DNA of 64,000 bases from NCBI GenBank assembly GCA_963813715.1, contig CAWFAK010000005.1, positions 224,001 through 288,000 of the forward strand, given 5' to 3'. The DNA comes from an uncultured Planctomycetaceae bacterium. GTDB taxonomy: Bacteria > Planctomycetota > Planctomycetia > Planctomycetales > Planctomycetaceae. Position 1 is the stretch's first letter. Each line of letters starts with the position of its first letter. A model generated the notes under the pieces. The model saw only the letters and a list, made by a program, of their open reading frames with translations. It searched no databases and was not told the origin of the DNA. The translations under genes and the position numbers were made by a program. This document shows positions 1 through 8,949 of this stretch, in pieces.

Positions 1-43
1 GGGAAGCCGGGGGAAGAAGGGTGACGCCAGCGGCGTTTCCGGT

Positions 44-248
44 GCGTGGCAGTGGTGGCTTGTCCGAGACTGTCCGAGAATTCGGAGGGAAGATCTGCAT
101 TGGGTGCCACGGTTTGAGCTTGCTCAACTGTGCTCTTAACGGGTCAGAAACCGTCATCAGCAGCCGGAAAGAGCACGGCTGAGCCGAAGCGTCTCAGCCG
201 TGGCACCCGAATTTCCGGACGCCCTCGGGCGAGCCGCCAGTGCCACCC
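44..248. repeat. Nested palindromic element: truncated REP-A halves / IS-TIR-like ends / REP-B doublet
   Basis: GTGGCAGTGGTGGCTTGTCC (46-65), then GAGACTGTCCGAGAATTC (66-83), REP-B doublet (102-208), GAATTTCCGGACGCCCTC (209-226) and GGGCGAGCCGCCAGTGCCACCC (227-248). Confidence 0.75.
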
Positions 249-292
249 AAGAGCCGCGATTCGGCGCCCACGATTCAGCCCGGGGCAGTCCG

Positions 293-2533
293 CTATTCCT
301 CCGCGACCACGATGCCGCTCAGCGTCGTCACATCCTGCCGGATCAAGTGCGAGAGCCAGAACAGACACGGCAGTCCCAGCAGGCCGACGATGCTGAAGAT
401 GGCCATCGACTTTTCTGCGCTGGCTGGCAGCACGTCGTCGTTGATCAGGCTGTCGGCCACCAGTGCGGCGATCGCCAAGAGCGGCCCCAAGGCGGCCACC
501 ACGAGGTAGACGGAATTGCGGCGTTGCGTTTTCCGCAAGAGGGGCGCGTCGGCCGCGGCCTGGTCGAAGTCGGCCAACAGGAAGACCGGGTACAGCGAGC
601 GCAGCGAGAACAGCGTCACCACGAAAAACGGATAGGACGCCGCCACCAGTCCGCACAACAGCAGCGAAAAGAAGAAGCGGAGCATCGCCGAGGTGGGCAG
701 TTGGGCGTTGACCAGTCGCAGGCTGATCGGATACGCGCAGGCGGCGATCCCCCATTCCACGAGGCTCACGAGCGCCACCAGCCAACCCAGCTCTAAACAG
801 CGGCGGCGCAGCCGGCGGCTGCGCTCGGGATCCAATTGCCCCGCTTGGCACTGTTTCAAACCGCGGTAGACCGAGAAGCCCAGAAACCAGAACAGCATGG
901 CTCCGACAGGATAGGCCACACCGTTGATCGCAGTCTGAGTGCGCTCGAAGAGGGGCCACATCGGTCCGAGTTTCGACACGATTTCGGACGAATTGTGAAC
1001 ATAATTAAACACGCCGGCAAGCACGTTCGGCAGGCCGGCCGCCACGAACACGATCAGCACGGCGTATTTTCGCAGCCGGACGCGCAGGCCTTTGCGCGGC
1101 GGGAACAACAGCTCGCACGCCTTGGGGTTGGTGCACAGATCGAGGCGACGGGCCATCTCGAGGCCGCTCGACCAGCGCTGGTTGCGATCGAAGGCCAGCG
1201 TCGTTTCCAAGAGCGGCGGCAAACCTTCGGGACATCCGGGCAACTCGGCGAGCGGGCCCGTGTCGAGCGGCCCGCGGCGCCGCTCCACCATTTGGTCCAA
1301 CGTGGCCGACCAATCTCCCTCGACGGCTTCGTCGCGGAACGGCCGAAATCCCGTCAACAGCTCCCACAACACGATGCCCAGCGAATACAAATCGCTGCGT
1401 CGATCGAGCTCCTGGGCCCGGTGCGCGCCGCTCGGCTTGCAGGCTTCGAGCTGCTCGGGCGACATGTAAGCCAGGCTGCCGCCGAAATACGCTTCGGGAG
1501 TGGCGCCGGTGACCGCGCCGCTATAACTCACGTTGAAGTCGGCCAGCTTGGGGGAGCCTTCGGGCGTGACCAGAATGTTGGCCGGCTTGATGTCGCGATG
1601 CAGCACGTCGAGCCGATGGGCATAGTCGAGCGCACGGGCGATCTTCGCCCCCAGTCGGCAGACCGCTTCGGGCCAGGTCGCGGCCCCCATCCAAGTCCGC
1701 AGCGACGATTCGCTCGGCCGCGATTCGCCCCGCCGCGCGAGCGCTTCGTCGATCGCCTGCAAGAGGAGTCCGCCCGTCCGCTTTTCGGGGGGCGTCTGCC
1801 GGACGCGCTGGACCACCGCCTGCAGCGTGCCGCCGGCGATGTACTCCATGTAGAGCAGTCGCAGCTTGCGGTCGGCGACCGCCCGCTGGTCGAACACGCG
1901 GACGATGTGATCGTGATCGAGCTGGGCCAGCGTTTGCGGCTCGGTGCTGGTGTCGGTCGCCACCTTGAGGGCGACGAGCCGCTGCATCGACCGCTGCCGG
2001 GCGAGAAAGACCTTGGCGAAGGCCCCGCTGCCCAACTCGACGAGCAGGTCGAAGTCGTCGATCGTGTCGCCCGGTTGGACGCCGGCCAGTTTTCGCGCGT
2101 GGTTGTTCTTGTGGAACGACGTGGTTTCGTACGGCTTGAGCCCCAGGATCGAAGCCAGCTCAACCGTTTGCCCGGGGAATTCGCGCAGGTAGTCCTCGGC
2201 CGAAACGTTCTGGCCGCTCTGTTTGCGGATGTGGAACTCTTCGTAGATCAGGTCGCAGGGAACGTGGCCGGCCTGCAGCTCGGCAAATTCCGCGACGTAT
2301 TCGGGGAGCCGTTTCGGGCAGCCGCGGCTGAGCCAGCGGTACTCGAGGTCGACCTTGATCAGCTCGATCAGCGTGAGCCGACGAATCTCACCCGCCTGCG
2401 GGAGATGGGGATTGAGGTCGGGCGGCGTGGGCGAGGCTTCCCAGGCGGCGACGAACGCGTCGAGAAAGCTGGCGAGCACGTCCATCGACTGGCGCGCCTG
2501 ATCCAGCGCCATGCTGCCATCTGTTTTCGACAC
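293..2533 (-). CDS. Ser/Thr protein kinase with C-terminal membrane domain
   Basis: Motifs GSGAFAKV, VALK, HRDIKPAN, DFN (at the DFG position), YMSPEQ and DLYSLG; several C-terminal hydrophobic helices. Confidence 0.93.
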   Translation of the reverse strand: MSKTDGSMALDQARQSMDVLASFLDAFVAAWEASPTPPDLNPHLPQAGEIRRLTLIELIKVDLEYRWLSRGCPKRLPEYVAEFAELQAGHVPCDLIYEEFHIRKQSGQNVSAEDYLREFPGQTVELASILGLKPYETTSFHKNNHARKLAGVQPGDTIDDFDLLVELGSGAFAKVFLARQRSMQRLVALKVATDTSTEPQTLAQLDHDHIVRVFDQRAVADRKLRLLYMEYIAGGTLQAVVQRVRQTPPEKRTGGLLLQAIDEALARRGESRPSESSLRTWMGAATWPEAVCRLGAKIARALDYAHRLDVLHRDIKPANILVTPEGSPKLADFNVSYSGAVTGATPEAYFGGSLAYMSPEQLEACKPSGAHRAQELDRRSDLYSLGIVLWELLTGFRPFRDEAVEGDWSATLDQMVERRRGPLDTGPLAELPGCPEGLPPLLETTLAFDRNQRWSSGLEMARRLDLCTNPKACELLFPPRKGLRVRLRKYAVLIVFVAAGLPNVLAGVFNYVHNSSEIVSKLGPMWPLFERTQTAINGVAYPVGAMLFWFLGFSVYRGLKQCQAGQLDPERSRRLRRRCLELGWLVALVSLVEWGIAACAYPISLRLVNAQLPTSAMLRFFFSLLLCGLVAASYPFFVVTLFSLRSLYPVFLLADFDQAAADAPLLRKTQRRNSVYLVVAALGPLLAIAALVADSLINDDVLPASAEKSMAIFSIVGLLGLPCLFWLSHLIRQDVTTLSGIVVAEE

Positions 2534-2567
2534 GCCAGCCTCGGTCGTGTATCACGCTGCCCGCAGT

Positions 2568-2642
2568 AGGAATCTCAACCGTATGAATCTCAACTGTATG
2601 AATCTCAACTGCGGGAATCTCGACGGTGTGCATCTCGAACGC
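2568..2642. repeat. 15-bp tandem repeat, about 5 copies
   Basis: AGGAATCTCAACCGT ATGAATCTCAACTGT ATGAATCTCAACTGC GGGAATCTCGACGGT GTGCATCTCGAACGC, between the divergent kinase and ECF genes. Confidence 0.9.
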
Positions 2643-2715
2643 GGTGTGAATCGTTCGGGGCGTTTATTCTAGCAACGTCCGTCGGGGCGAGAGAATGCGG
2701 GCCAATTTCCTGGAA

Positions 2716-2781
2716 GATCCCGCGCTCACGCTTCGGGTTAGTAAATTCTCCGGACCAACCCGAAGCGTCAGGGAGGGATCC
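2716..2781. repeat. REP-D inverted doublet
   Basis: GATCCCGCGCTCACGCTTCGGGTT ... AACCCGAAGCGTCAGGGAGGGATC; same family recurs near 23285, 25257/26254 and 45407-45583. Confidence 0.85.
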
Positions 2782-2908
2782 GCGATCGCGCCGGAAATTC
2801 CCGGACGCTTTTTGGACAGCTCTCGCCGCGTAATCTTCTCGACCCAGCGGGACGTTGCCACTATGCTGGGGCAGCTTCCGAGACTTTGGTCGAACCCAAG
2901 AGGTCGTG

Positions 2909-3589
2909 ATGGACGAGGTTGCCGCCCAGTTCGCCGCGAGGATCCGCGACAAGGATCCGCAGGCCCTCGTGGAGTTCATCGAGCTGCGCAAGCCGCAGTT
3001 GCTGGCGTTCATCGAACGCAATCTGAGCGCATCGCTCGGGCGCAAGCTCGAAGGGACCGACATCCTACAGGAAGTGAGCCTGAGCGCCGTCGGCTCGTTG
3101 CCCACGTTCGAGCTGGGCGATCGCGATCCCTTTTCGTGGCTCTGCCAGCTGGCCGAGCACAAGATCATCGACGCGCATCGCAAGCTGGTCGCCGCCCAGA
3201 AGCGCTCCGCCGATCGCGAGCAGCAGTCGCCGGCCTCCAGCACGGAAACTCAGCGGGGCGGCTTCATCGACATGCTCGTGGTCAGCATGACGACGCCCAG
3301 CGGGGCTCTTTCACGCGACCAACGGGAGTTCCGCCTGCAGGAGGCGCTCAAGAACCTGCCGCAGGAATCGCAAGACGCACTGCGGCTGCGTTATGTCGAA
3401 GGGCTGCCGTCGAAGGAGATCGCCAGCCGCCTCAACAAGACCGACGGCGCCACGCGCGTGCTTCTAACGCGGTCGCTGGCCCGGCTGCAGGAACTGCTGC
3501 GGCACGACAGCGAGTTTGCCAGCTTCATCAATCCGCCCCGCATGCCGTCTGGGTTCGATTCGCCGAGCGGGCCCGACGACGCGGACTAA
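2909..3589 (+). CDS. ECF sigma-70 factor, planctomycete kinase-associated type
   Basis: Region 2 (DILQEV, SWLCQLAEHKIID), linker SMTTPS, region 4 HTH (LRLRYVEGLPSKEIA); divergent from the kinase gene. Confidence 0.88.
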   Translation: MDEVAAQFAARIRDKDPQALVEFIELRKPQLLAFIERNLSASLGRKLEGTDILQEVSLSAVGSLPTFELGDRDPFSWLCQLAEHKIIDAHRKLVAAQKRSADREQQSPASSTETQRGGFIDMLVVSMTTPSGALSRDQREFRLQEALKNLPQESQDALRLRYVEGLPSKEIASRLNKTDGATRVLLTRSLARLQELLRHDSEFASFINPPRMPSGFDSPSGPDDAD

Positions 3590-3989
3590 AAAAGCGGAAT
3601 AAAAAACAACGGCCGGGAGATCAATGATCCCCCGGCCGCGTTCGGCCGGCTGCCCCTCCGGCCAACCCACTTGTTAACGAGCGGCGACAGCTCGCGGGCC
3701 ATTCCCTGGGCCACGCTCGGAGCTCTGTTTTGTTCGCGTCGTCCATTTCTCTCAGCGAGGAACCCGCGGACTTGTTACAGGGGAGAAATCTGCCGCTAGG
3801 GCCAAACGAGTCGAAGAGGAATGACCCGGGCGAGCGTAACTCGTGAAGCCGCCAGACCATGGGAACAGCCGAACAATGGAAGCCGTGCGCCCGAATTGGT
3901 ACCCTCAGCGATCGAATGAGCCCGGTGCCGGAAGATTGTCGTTCCGGCGGGGCTCACTTTGCGGACGGTTGCCTACTTTGAGGTGCTGC

Positions 3990-5275
3990 ATGAAAGTCGC
4001 GCGGTTTCTGGCGGCGGCAAGCGGTCTGGTGCTCTCGTTGCCGGCAGTGCAGGCGGCCGATTGGCCGCAATGGCGCGGCCCGGAACGCAACGGCATTTCG
4101 CAGGAGAAAGGCTTGCTGTCCGAATGGCCCAAAGAGGGACCGCGGCTCAACTGGCAGGTGAAAGATCTGGGCGACGGCTACTCGACTCCGTCGATCGTCG
4201 GCGACCACATCTACCTGATCGCCAACAAGGGGATTCAAGACGAAAATGCCCTCGCGCTGAGCGCGAATGACGGCCGCGTGATCTGGACGCAGCGGCTGGG
4301 CAAAGTCGGCCCCAACACGAAACAAATGCCCTACCCCGGCGCCCGCTCCACGCCGACTGCCGACGGTGACCGGCTCTATGCCCTGGGATCCGATGGTGAC
4401 CTGGTTTGCCTCGATGCAAAGACCGGCCAGATCCACTGGCAGAAGAGTCTCCGCAAAGACTTTGGCGGCGCGCCCGGCATGTGGGCCTACTCCGAGTCTC
4501 CGCTGATCGACGGCGACGTGCTCGTCTGCACTCCCGGCGGCAAGACGGCCACGATCGTGGCGCTCGACAAGACTTCGGGAAAGACGATCTGGAAGTCGCC
4601 GTTGCCGGAGGCCGATCAGGCGGCCTACGCGTCGGTCATCGTGGTCACGGTCGGGGGCATCAAGCAGTACGTGCAGTTCCTGCAGAAGGGACTGGCCGGC
4701 GTCGACGCGTCGACCGGCAAATTGCTGTGGCGCTACGACAAGACGTCGAAAAGCCCGGCCAACATTCCGACCGCAGTCGCCTATCAGAACTACATCTATA
4801 GCGCCTCCGGCCGCGGCGGTTGCGGCGTGGTCGAGCTCAAGGCCAAGGATCACGAGGTCGAAGCCGAGCCGGTCTACTTCAACATGAAGCTTCCCAATGC
4901 CATCGGCGGCTCGGTCGAAGTCGGCGGCTTTCTGTACGGAACGTCCACGGGCGGCCTGCAGTGCGTGGACTTCATCACGGGCACGCAGAAATGGCAAAAC
5001 CACGGGATCGGCGTTGGCTCGGTCTGCTACGCCGACGGTCGGCTCTACTTGCACGGCGAAGAAAGGGAGACGTCGCGCTCGTCGAATGCTCGTCGGACGG
5101 TTACCACGAGAAGGGACGCTTCTCACCGCCGAACCCGCCGGAGAAGCGCAAGGGGAAGGCCTGGGCTTATCCCTCGATCGCCAACGGCACGCTCTACATC
5201 TACGACTTCGGCACGCTCTGGTCGTACAACGTGAAGAACAGCGCGGCCGCGGTCGAGACACGGGTGCTGCGCTAA
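3990..5275 (+). CDS. PQQ-like beta-propeller protein (frameshift near 5065)
   Basis: Signal peptide, DWPQWRGP motif, repeated GxxxW blades; C-terminus continues in ORF 4820..5275 (WAYPSIANG). Confidence 0.88.
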
Positions 5276-5374
5276 GCGAGCTCCAGTACTGCGCGGTCGC
5301 GCAGTGAGCGCTCACGTGCAGCGTGTCGAATTGAAGCACCCGCCGGCTCACACCGGCGGCTCGCCAATGTCATC

Positions 5375-5410
5375 CGCCCGGCGAGCGTCGGGCGTGAGCC
5401 CGATGGTGCT
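5375..5410. repeat. REP-E element
   Basis: CGCCCGGCGAGCGTCGGGCGTGAGCCCGATGGTGCT; near-identical copy at 25214-25249 and degenerate copy at 36034-36076. Confidence 0.8.
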
Positions 5411-5446
5411 TGATCCCTGTCATCTTTTGCGCGGTCGATAAAAGCG

Positions 5447-6085
5447 ATGGCCCGAGTAACGCGGATCCTCCTCGCAAAACTGCTGCTGCTCGCGGCGTTC
5501 ACGTCAGCCGTCCGCGCGGACGATGCCGCCGACCTGGTCTCCAAGGGCATGCAGAAGTTCCGCGACAATGACGTCGCCGGGGCGCTAACCGACTTCGATC
5601 GCGCGGCAAAGGTCGACCCGCAGTCGGCGCCGCAGCTTTGGCAGCGGGGCATTGCCGACTATTACGCGGGAAAATTCCGCGACGGTCGTAAGCAGTTCGA
5701 GCTGCACCAGACGGTCAATCCGCACGACGTCGAGAACGCGGCCTGGCATTTTCTCTGCGTGGCCCGCACGGACGGCCTGGCGGCGGCCAAGAAATCGCTG
5801 CTGAAAATCGACACGACCCGCGATACCCGGCCGCCCATGGCCGAAATTTACGAACTGTATGCCGGCCGCGGTTCGCCCGAAGCCGTGCTCCGCGCCGCCG
5901 CGCAGGCCGCCACGCCGCAAGCGTCGATGTACGCGAACCTCTACTTGGGCCTGTATTACGAAGCGGCCGGCGACGCGGATCGGGCGCGAGCCTGCCTGCG
6001 CAAGGCGGCCGCCGCCGACACTCCCGACAACTTCATGCAGGACGTGGCGAAGGTTCATCTGCGCCAGCGTCATTGGGACCGTTGA
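5447..6085 (+). CDS. TPR protein (NlpI-like)
   Basis: Signal peptide; LWQRGIADYYAG, NPHDVENAAW and YANLYLGLYYEA TPR motifs. Confidence 0.82.
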   Translation: MARVTRILLAKLLLLAAFTSAVRADDAADLVSKGMQKFRDNDVAGALTDFDRAAKVDPQSAPQLWQRGIADYYAGKFRDGRKQFELHQTVNPHDVENAAWHFLCVARTDGLAAAKKSLLKIDTTRDTRPPMAEIYELYAGRGSPEAVLRAAAQAATPQASMYANLYLGLYYEAAGDADRARACLRKAAAADTPDNFMQDVAKVHLRQRHWDR

Positions 6086-6204
6086 CTCCCGCCGCGCCGC
6101 ATCGCGCGCCACGAGCGGGGGTCGAATTCCCGCCTTGCCGCTGGTAAAGTCTCAAGCAGCGAAGCGATGCGCCACTCGACTCTGGAGGAGAGCGCGAACT
6201 CGCC

Positions 6205-6862
6205 ATGAGCCGATCGTTCTTTCTGGTTCGCTGGGGCTTGCTGCTGGTGCTGGCGGCGACGGCTGTCGGACTCCGCGCAGCCGCCGCGAGCGGACGCGCT
6301 CGGTCCGCTGCGCGCCCAGTTGCTGGTCGAGCTGCAATTCGTGCGGAAAATCTGTGCCCCGTCGAAGCCGCAGATGCAGGCGATCACGAAAGATCTGGAG
6401 AAATGCCTCGCGGACGCCGCCAAGAGGACGGGGCCGTCTTCGTGCGACTTGCTTCCGCCGGCACTGGCCGACAGCGTGGCGAATCATTTGTCGAAATCAG
6501 ACGCCGCCCGCTATCGCGCCGAGGTGCTCAAACGCGATGCGCAGGAGCGCGAGGCCTGCGTCTACACCTTCGTCACACTGGTCGATCCGGACTTGGGCTT
6601 ATCCGACCACCAGCGGAAGGCGCTGGTGGCCGCGCTGCTCCCCGTGTGGAAGCCCGTCTGGTCCCAGATGATCGAAATGGACGTTCGCTGGGCAACCCGC
6701 CGCGTTCCGCCGATTCCCGACGACTTTATCCTGCCGCTCTTGAATGCTGACCAGGCCCAGGCGTGGAAACGATTGCCCAAGAACCTCGAGACTCGGCAGG
6801 CTTTCGACGCCCAACGGATCGGCGCGATCGGCACGCCTAATCCGCTACCCGACGACGAATAG
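6205..6862 (+). CDS. Hypothetical exported protein (frameshift near 6270-6310)
   Basis: Signal-like N-terminus in ORF 6205 joins helical ORF 6320..6862. Confidence 0.55.
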
Positions 6863-6869
6863 GAACGAC

Positions 6870-7820
6870 ATGCTCTGGTCGATCGGACGATTCGGTTTGC
6901 GGGCTGTCGCCGCGGCGATCGTCGGGTTCTCCCTCGCAGGCGCGGCCCCTCCGCCCGCGGACGACGATTTAGTGGACGAGTCAGCGAAAAAGGCCGCGGT
7001 AGAAGAACTCGTCATCAATCCGAATGGCATTAATGGGATTGTCGACGTCGCCGCCAGCATCGATCAGGCGGTGTTTGGAACTGAGGGGGCCCAGAACCAT
7101 TCGCCGCAAGAGCGGCTGGAGCTGCGGCTGCAAAAGAGAGTCGACCTCCTGGCCCGCGATGCCGTACTTTCGGAGGATCAAAAGCAGAAGCTGCTGTTCG
7201 CCGGAAAGGGGGACATCGGGCGATTCGTCGAGCGAGTCGAACATTTCAAAACTCGCCGTCAAACCGCCAAGGCCGACGTCAACCGCTTCGATTGGGATCA
7301 GCTCTTCAAAGAGACTCAGCCCTTGGTCGCCGCGCGGGTCAGCCTCTTCGCGAACGAGTCGCTGTTCGCCAAGACGCTGGCGAAAGTGCTGACCGCCGAG
7401 CAACTGGCCCGCTATGAGAAAATCGAGCGCGAGCGTGCCGAGTTTCAGCACCGCACCGGCGTGCAGCTCACCGTTTTGCGGATGTCGACCGCCCTCGGGC
7501 TGAGCGGTGATCAGCGGCAACGATTGGAGCAACTCTTGCTCACAGAGACGCGCCCGGGCCGCGGTGCCAATCGAATTTATCCAACGACCAGTTTCAATAT
7601 CGTTTATGTCCAAATGGCTCACCTGCCCGCCGAGCGGCTGAGACCGCTGTTCGAGCCTTGGCAGTGGCGGGCCCTCAAACGCAAACTCGAAAACGCTGTG
7701 CGGTTTGAGGAGGGCCTGGTGCGCAACGGAGTCGTACTCGACGGCGGAAAAGGCCCGCAGTTCGGCCGGCGTGGCCAAAAACAAGAGCCCGCCTCCGGTC
7801 TCGGAGCGACCACCAAATAG
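6870..7820 (+). CDS. Hypothetical exported helical protein
   Basis: ATG after AGGA; signal peptide; repeated LSxDQxxxL helical motifs. Confidence 0.7.
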   Translation: MLWSIGRFGLRAVAAAIVGFSLAGAAPPPADDDLVDESAKKAAVEELVINPNGINGIVDVAASIDQAVFGTEGAQNHSPQERLELRLQKRVDLLARDAVLSEDQKQKLLFAGKGDIGRFVERVEHFKTRRQTAKADVNRFDWDQLFKETQPLVAARVSLFANESLFAKTLAKVLTAEQLARYEKIERERAEFQHRTGVQLTVLRMSTALGLSGDQRQRLEQLLLTETRPGRGANRIYPTTSFNIVYVQMAHLPAERLRPLFEPWQWRALKRKLENAVRFEEGLVRNGVVLDGGKGPQFGRRGQKQEPASGLGATTK

Positions 7821-7975
7821 CCATTCCGCCGCGCTCGTCGGATCACCGCGGCGTCTGGCTTCTCTCGTTCTGCACGGCTTGGTAAAACCGCCGATATGTC
7901 CGGCGAGGTTTTTTACCGCGACCGCCCGTGATTCGCCGTGAGGATGGAACCGTTGACGTCTGAGGCAAGCCCCCG

Positions 7976-8782
7976 GTGAATGAGACGCCGGCTGAACCAT
8001 TCCCCGGGCCGTTGACCGAGCTGCCCCTGCAGCGGGTCGACGTTTGGATCGTTTCGCTGGGCGAGACGGGGCTGTCGCCCGATCCGGCCGATTGGCTCTC
8101 GGCCGACGAACGCGCCCGGGCCGCGCGATATGCCTTCGAGCGCGATCGGCGGCGTTACAGTCTGGGTCGCGGCGCGTTGCGGGGCATCCTCGCCACGTAT
8201 TTACGCTGCGACCGGAACGAGATCGTGTTTGCCTACGGCGAAACGGGCAAGCCGCGCTTGGCCGGAGCGGACGCGGCGTCCGGTTTGCAATTCAACGCCT
8301 CCGGATCGGCCGACACGGCCGTGTGCGCGGTGACTTATGGCCGCCGCGTCGGCATCGACATCGAACAGCTGCGCGTCGAATGCGATCCGGACCTCGTGCA
8401 ATACGCGCTGACCGATGGCGAGCGTGCCGAGTTCCGCCGCATTCCGCTCGACCAGCAGGCGACGACCTTTTATCGCGTGTGGACCCGCAAAGAAGCCTTT
8501 CTCAAGGCGACCGGCTGCGGACTGTCGCGGCCGCTGACCTCGTTCGCGGTCAGCGTTGCGCCCGACAAACCCCCGCGCCTTGTGCACGACGAGTGGGCCA
8601 GTGAGTCGCGAACCGACGAACGGACTCCCCGCTCCAGCAACAGCGAGCGTGTGACCTGGTCGACTTATGACGAGCAGGCGACGTGGTCGTTTGCCGACTT
8701 CGATCCCGCAGCCGGCCTCGTGGGGACGCTCGTCCACTCGGGCGAACCGCGGCCTGTGCGAACGCTCGAGTGGCACGGCTGA
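7976..8782 (+). CDS. Sfp-type 4'-phosphopantetheinyl transferase
   Basis: GKP, VGIDIE and WTRKEAFLKATG motifs. Confidence 0.92.
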   Translation: MNETPAEPFPGPLTELPLQRVDVWIVSLGETGLSPDPADWLSADERARAARYAFERDRRRYSLGRGALRGILATYLRCDRNEIVFAYGETGKPRLAGADAASGLQFNASGSADTAVCAVTYGRRVGIDIEQLRVECDPDLVQYALTDGERAEFRRIPLDQQATTFYRVWTRKEAFLKATGCGLSRPLTSFAVSVAPDKPPRLVHDEWASESRTDERTPRSSNSERVTWSTYDEQATWSFADFDPAAGLVGTLVHSGEPRPVRTLEWHG

Positions 8783-8820
8783 GCGGGGCACGCAGCGCTC
8801 CGGCCGTCCGGACACTTCGT

Positions 8821-8940
8821 CAGACTGTCCGGCAATTCGGGTGCCACGGCTGAGACGCTTCGGCTCAGCCGTGCGCTTTCCAGCGGCTGATGAAGGTTGC
8901 TGAACCGTCAAGAGCACGGTGTTGAGCAAGCTCAACCGTG
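8821..8940. repeat. REP-B doublet with TIR-like end; inverted copy of about 108-226
   Basis: CAGACTGTCCGGCAATTCGGGTGCCACGGCTGAGACGCTTCGGCTCAGCCGTGC ... GAGCAAGCTCAACCGTG. Confidence 0.85.
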
Positions 8941-8949
8941 AGGCGCGCG

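Noticed and set aside
7976..8782. NRPS/PKS cluster
   Set aside because: The Sfp-type PPTase stands alone; no synthase or carrier genes are in the window.
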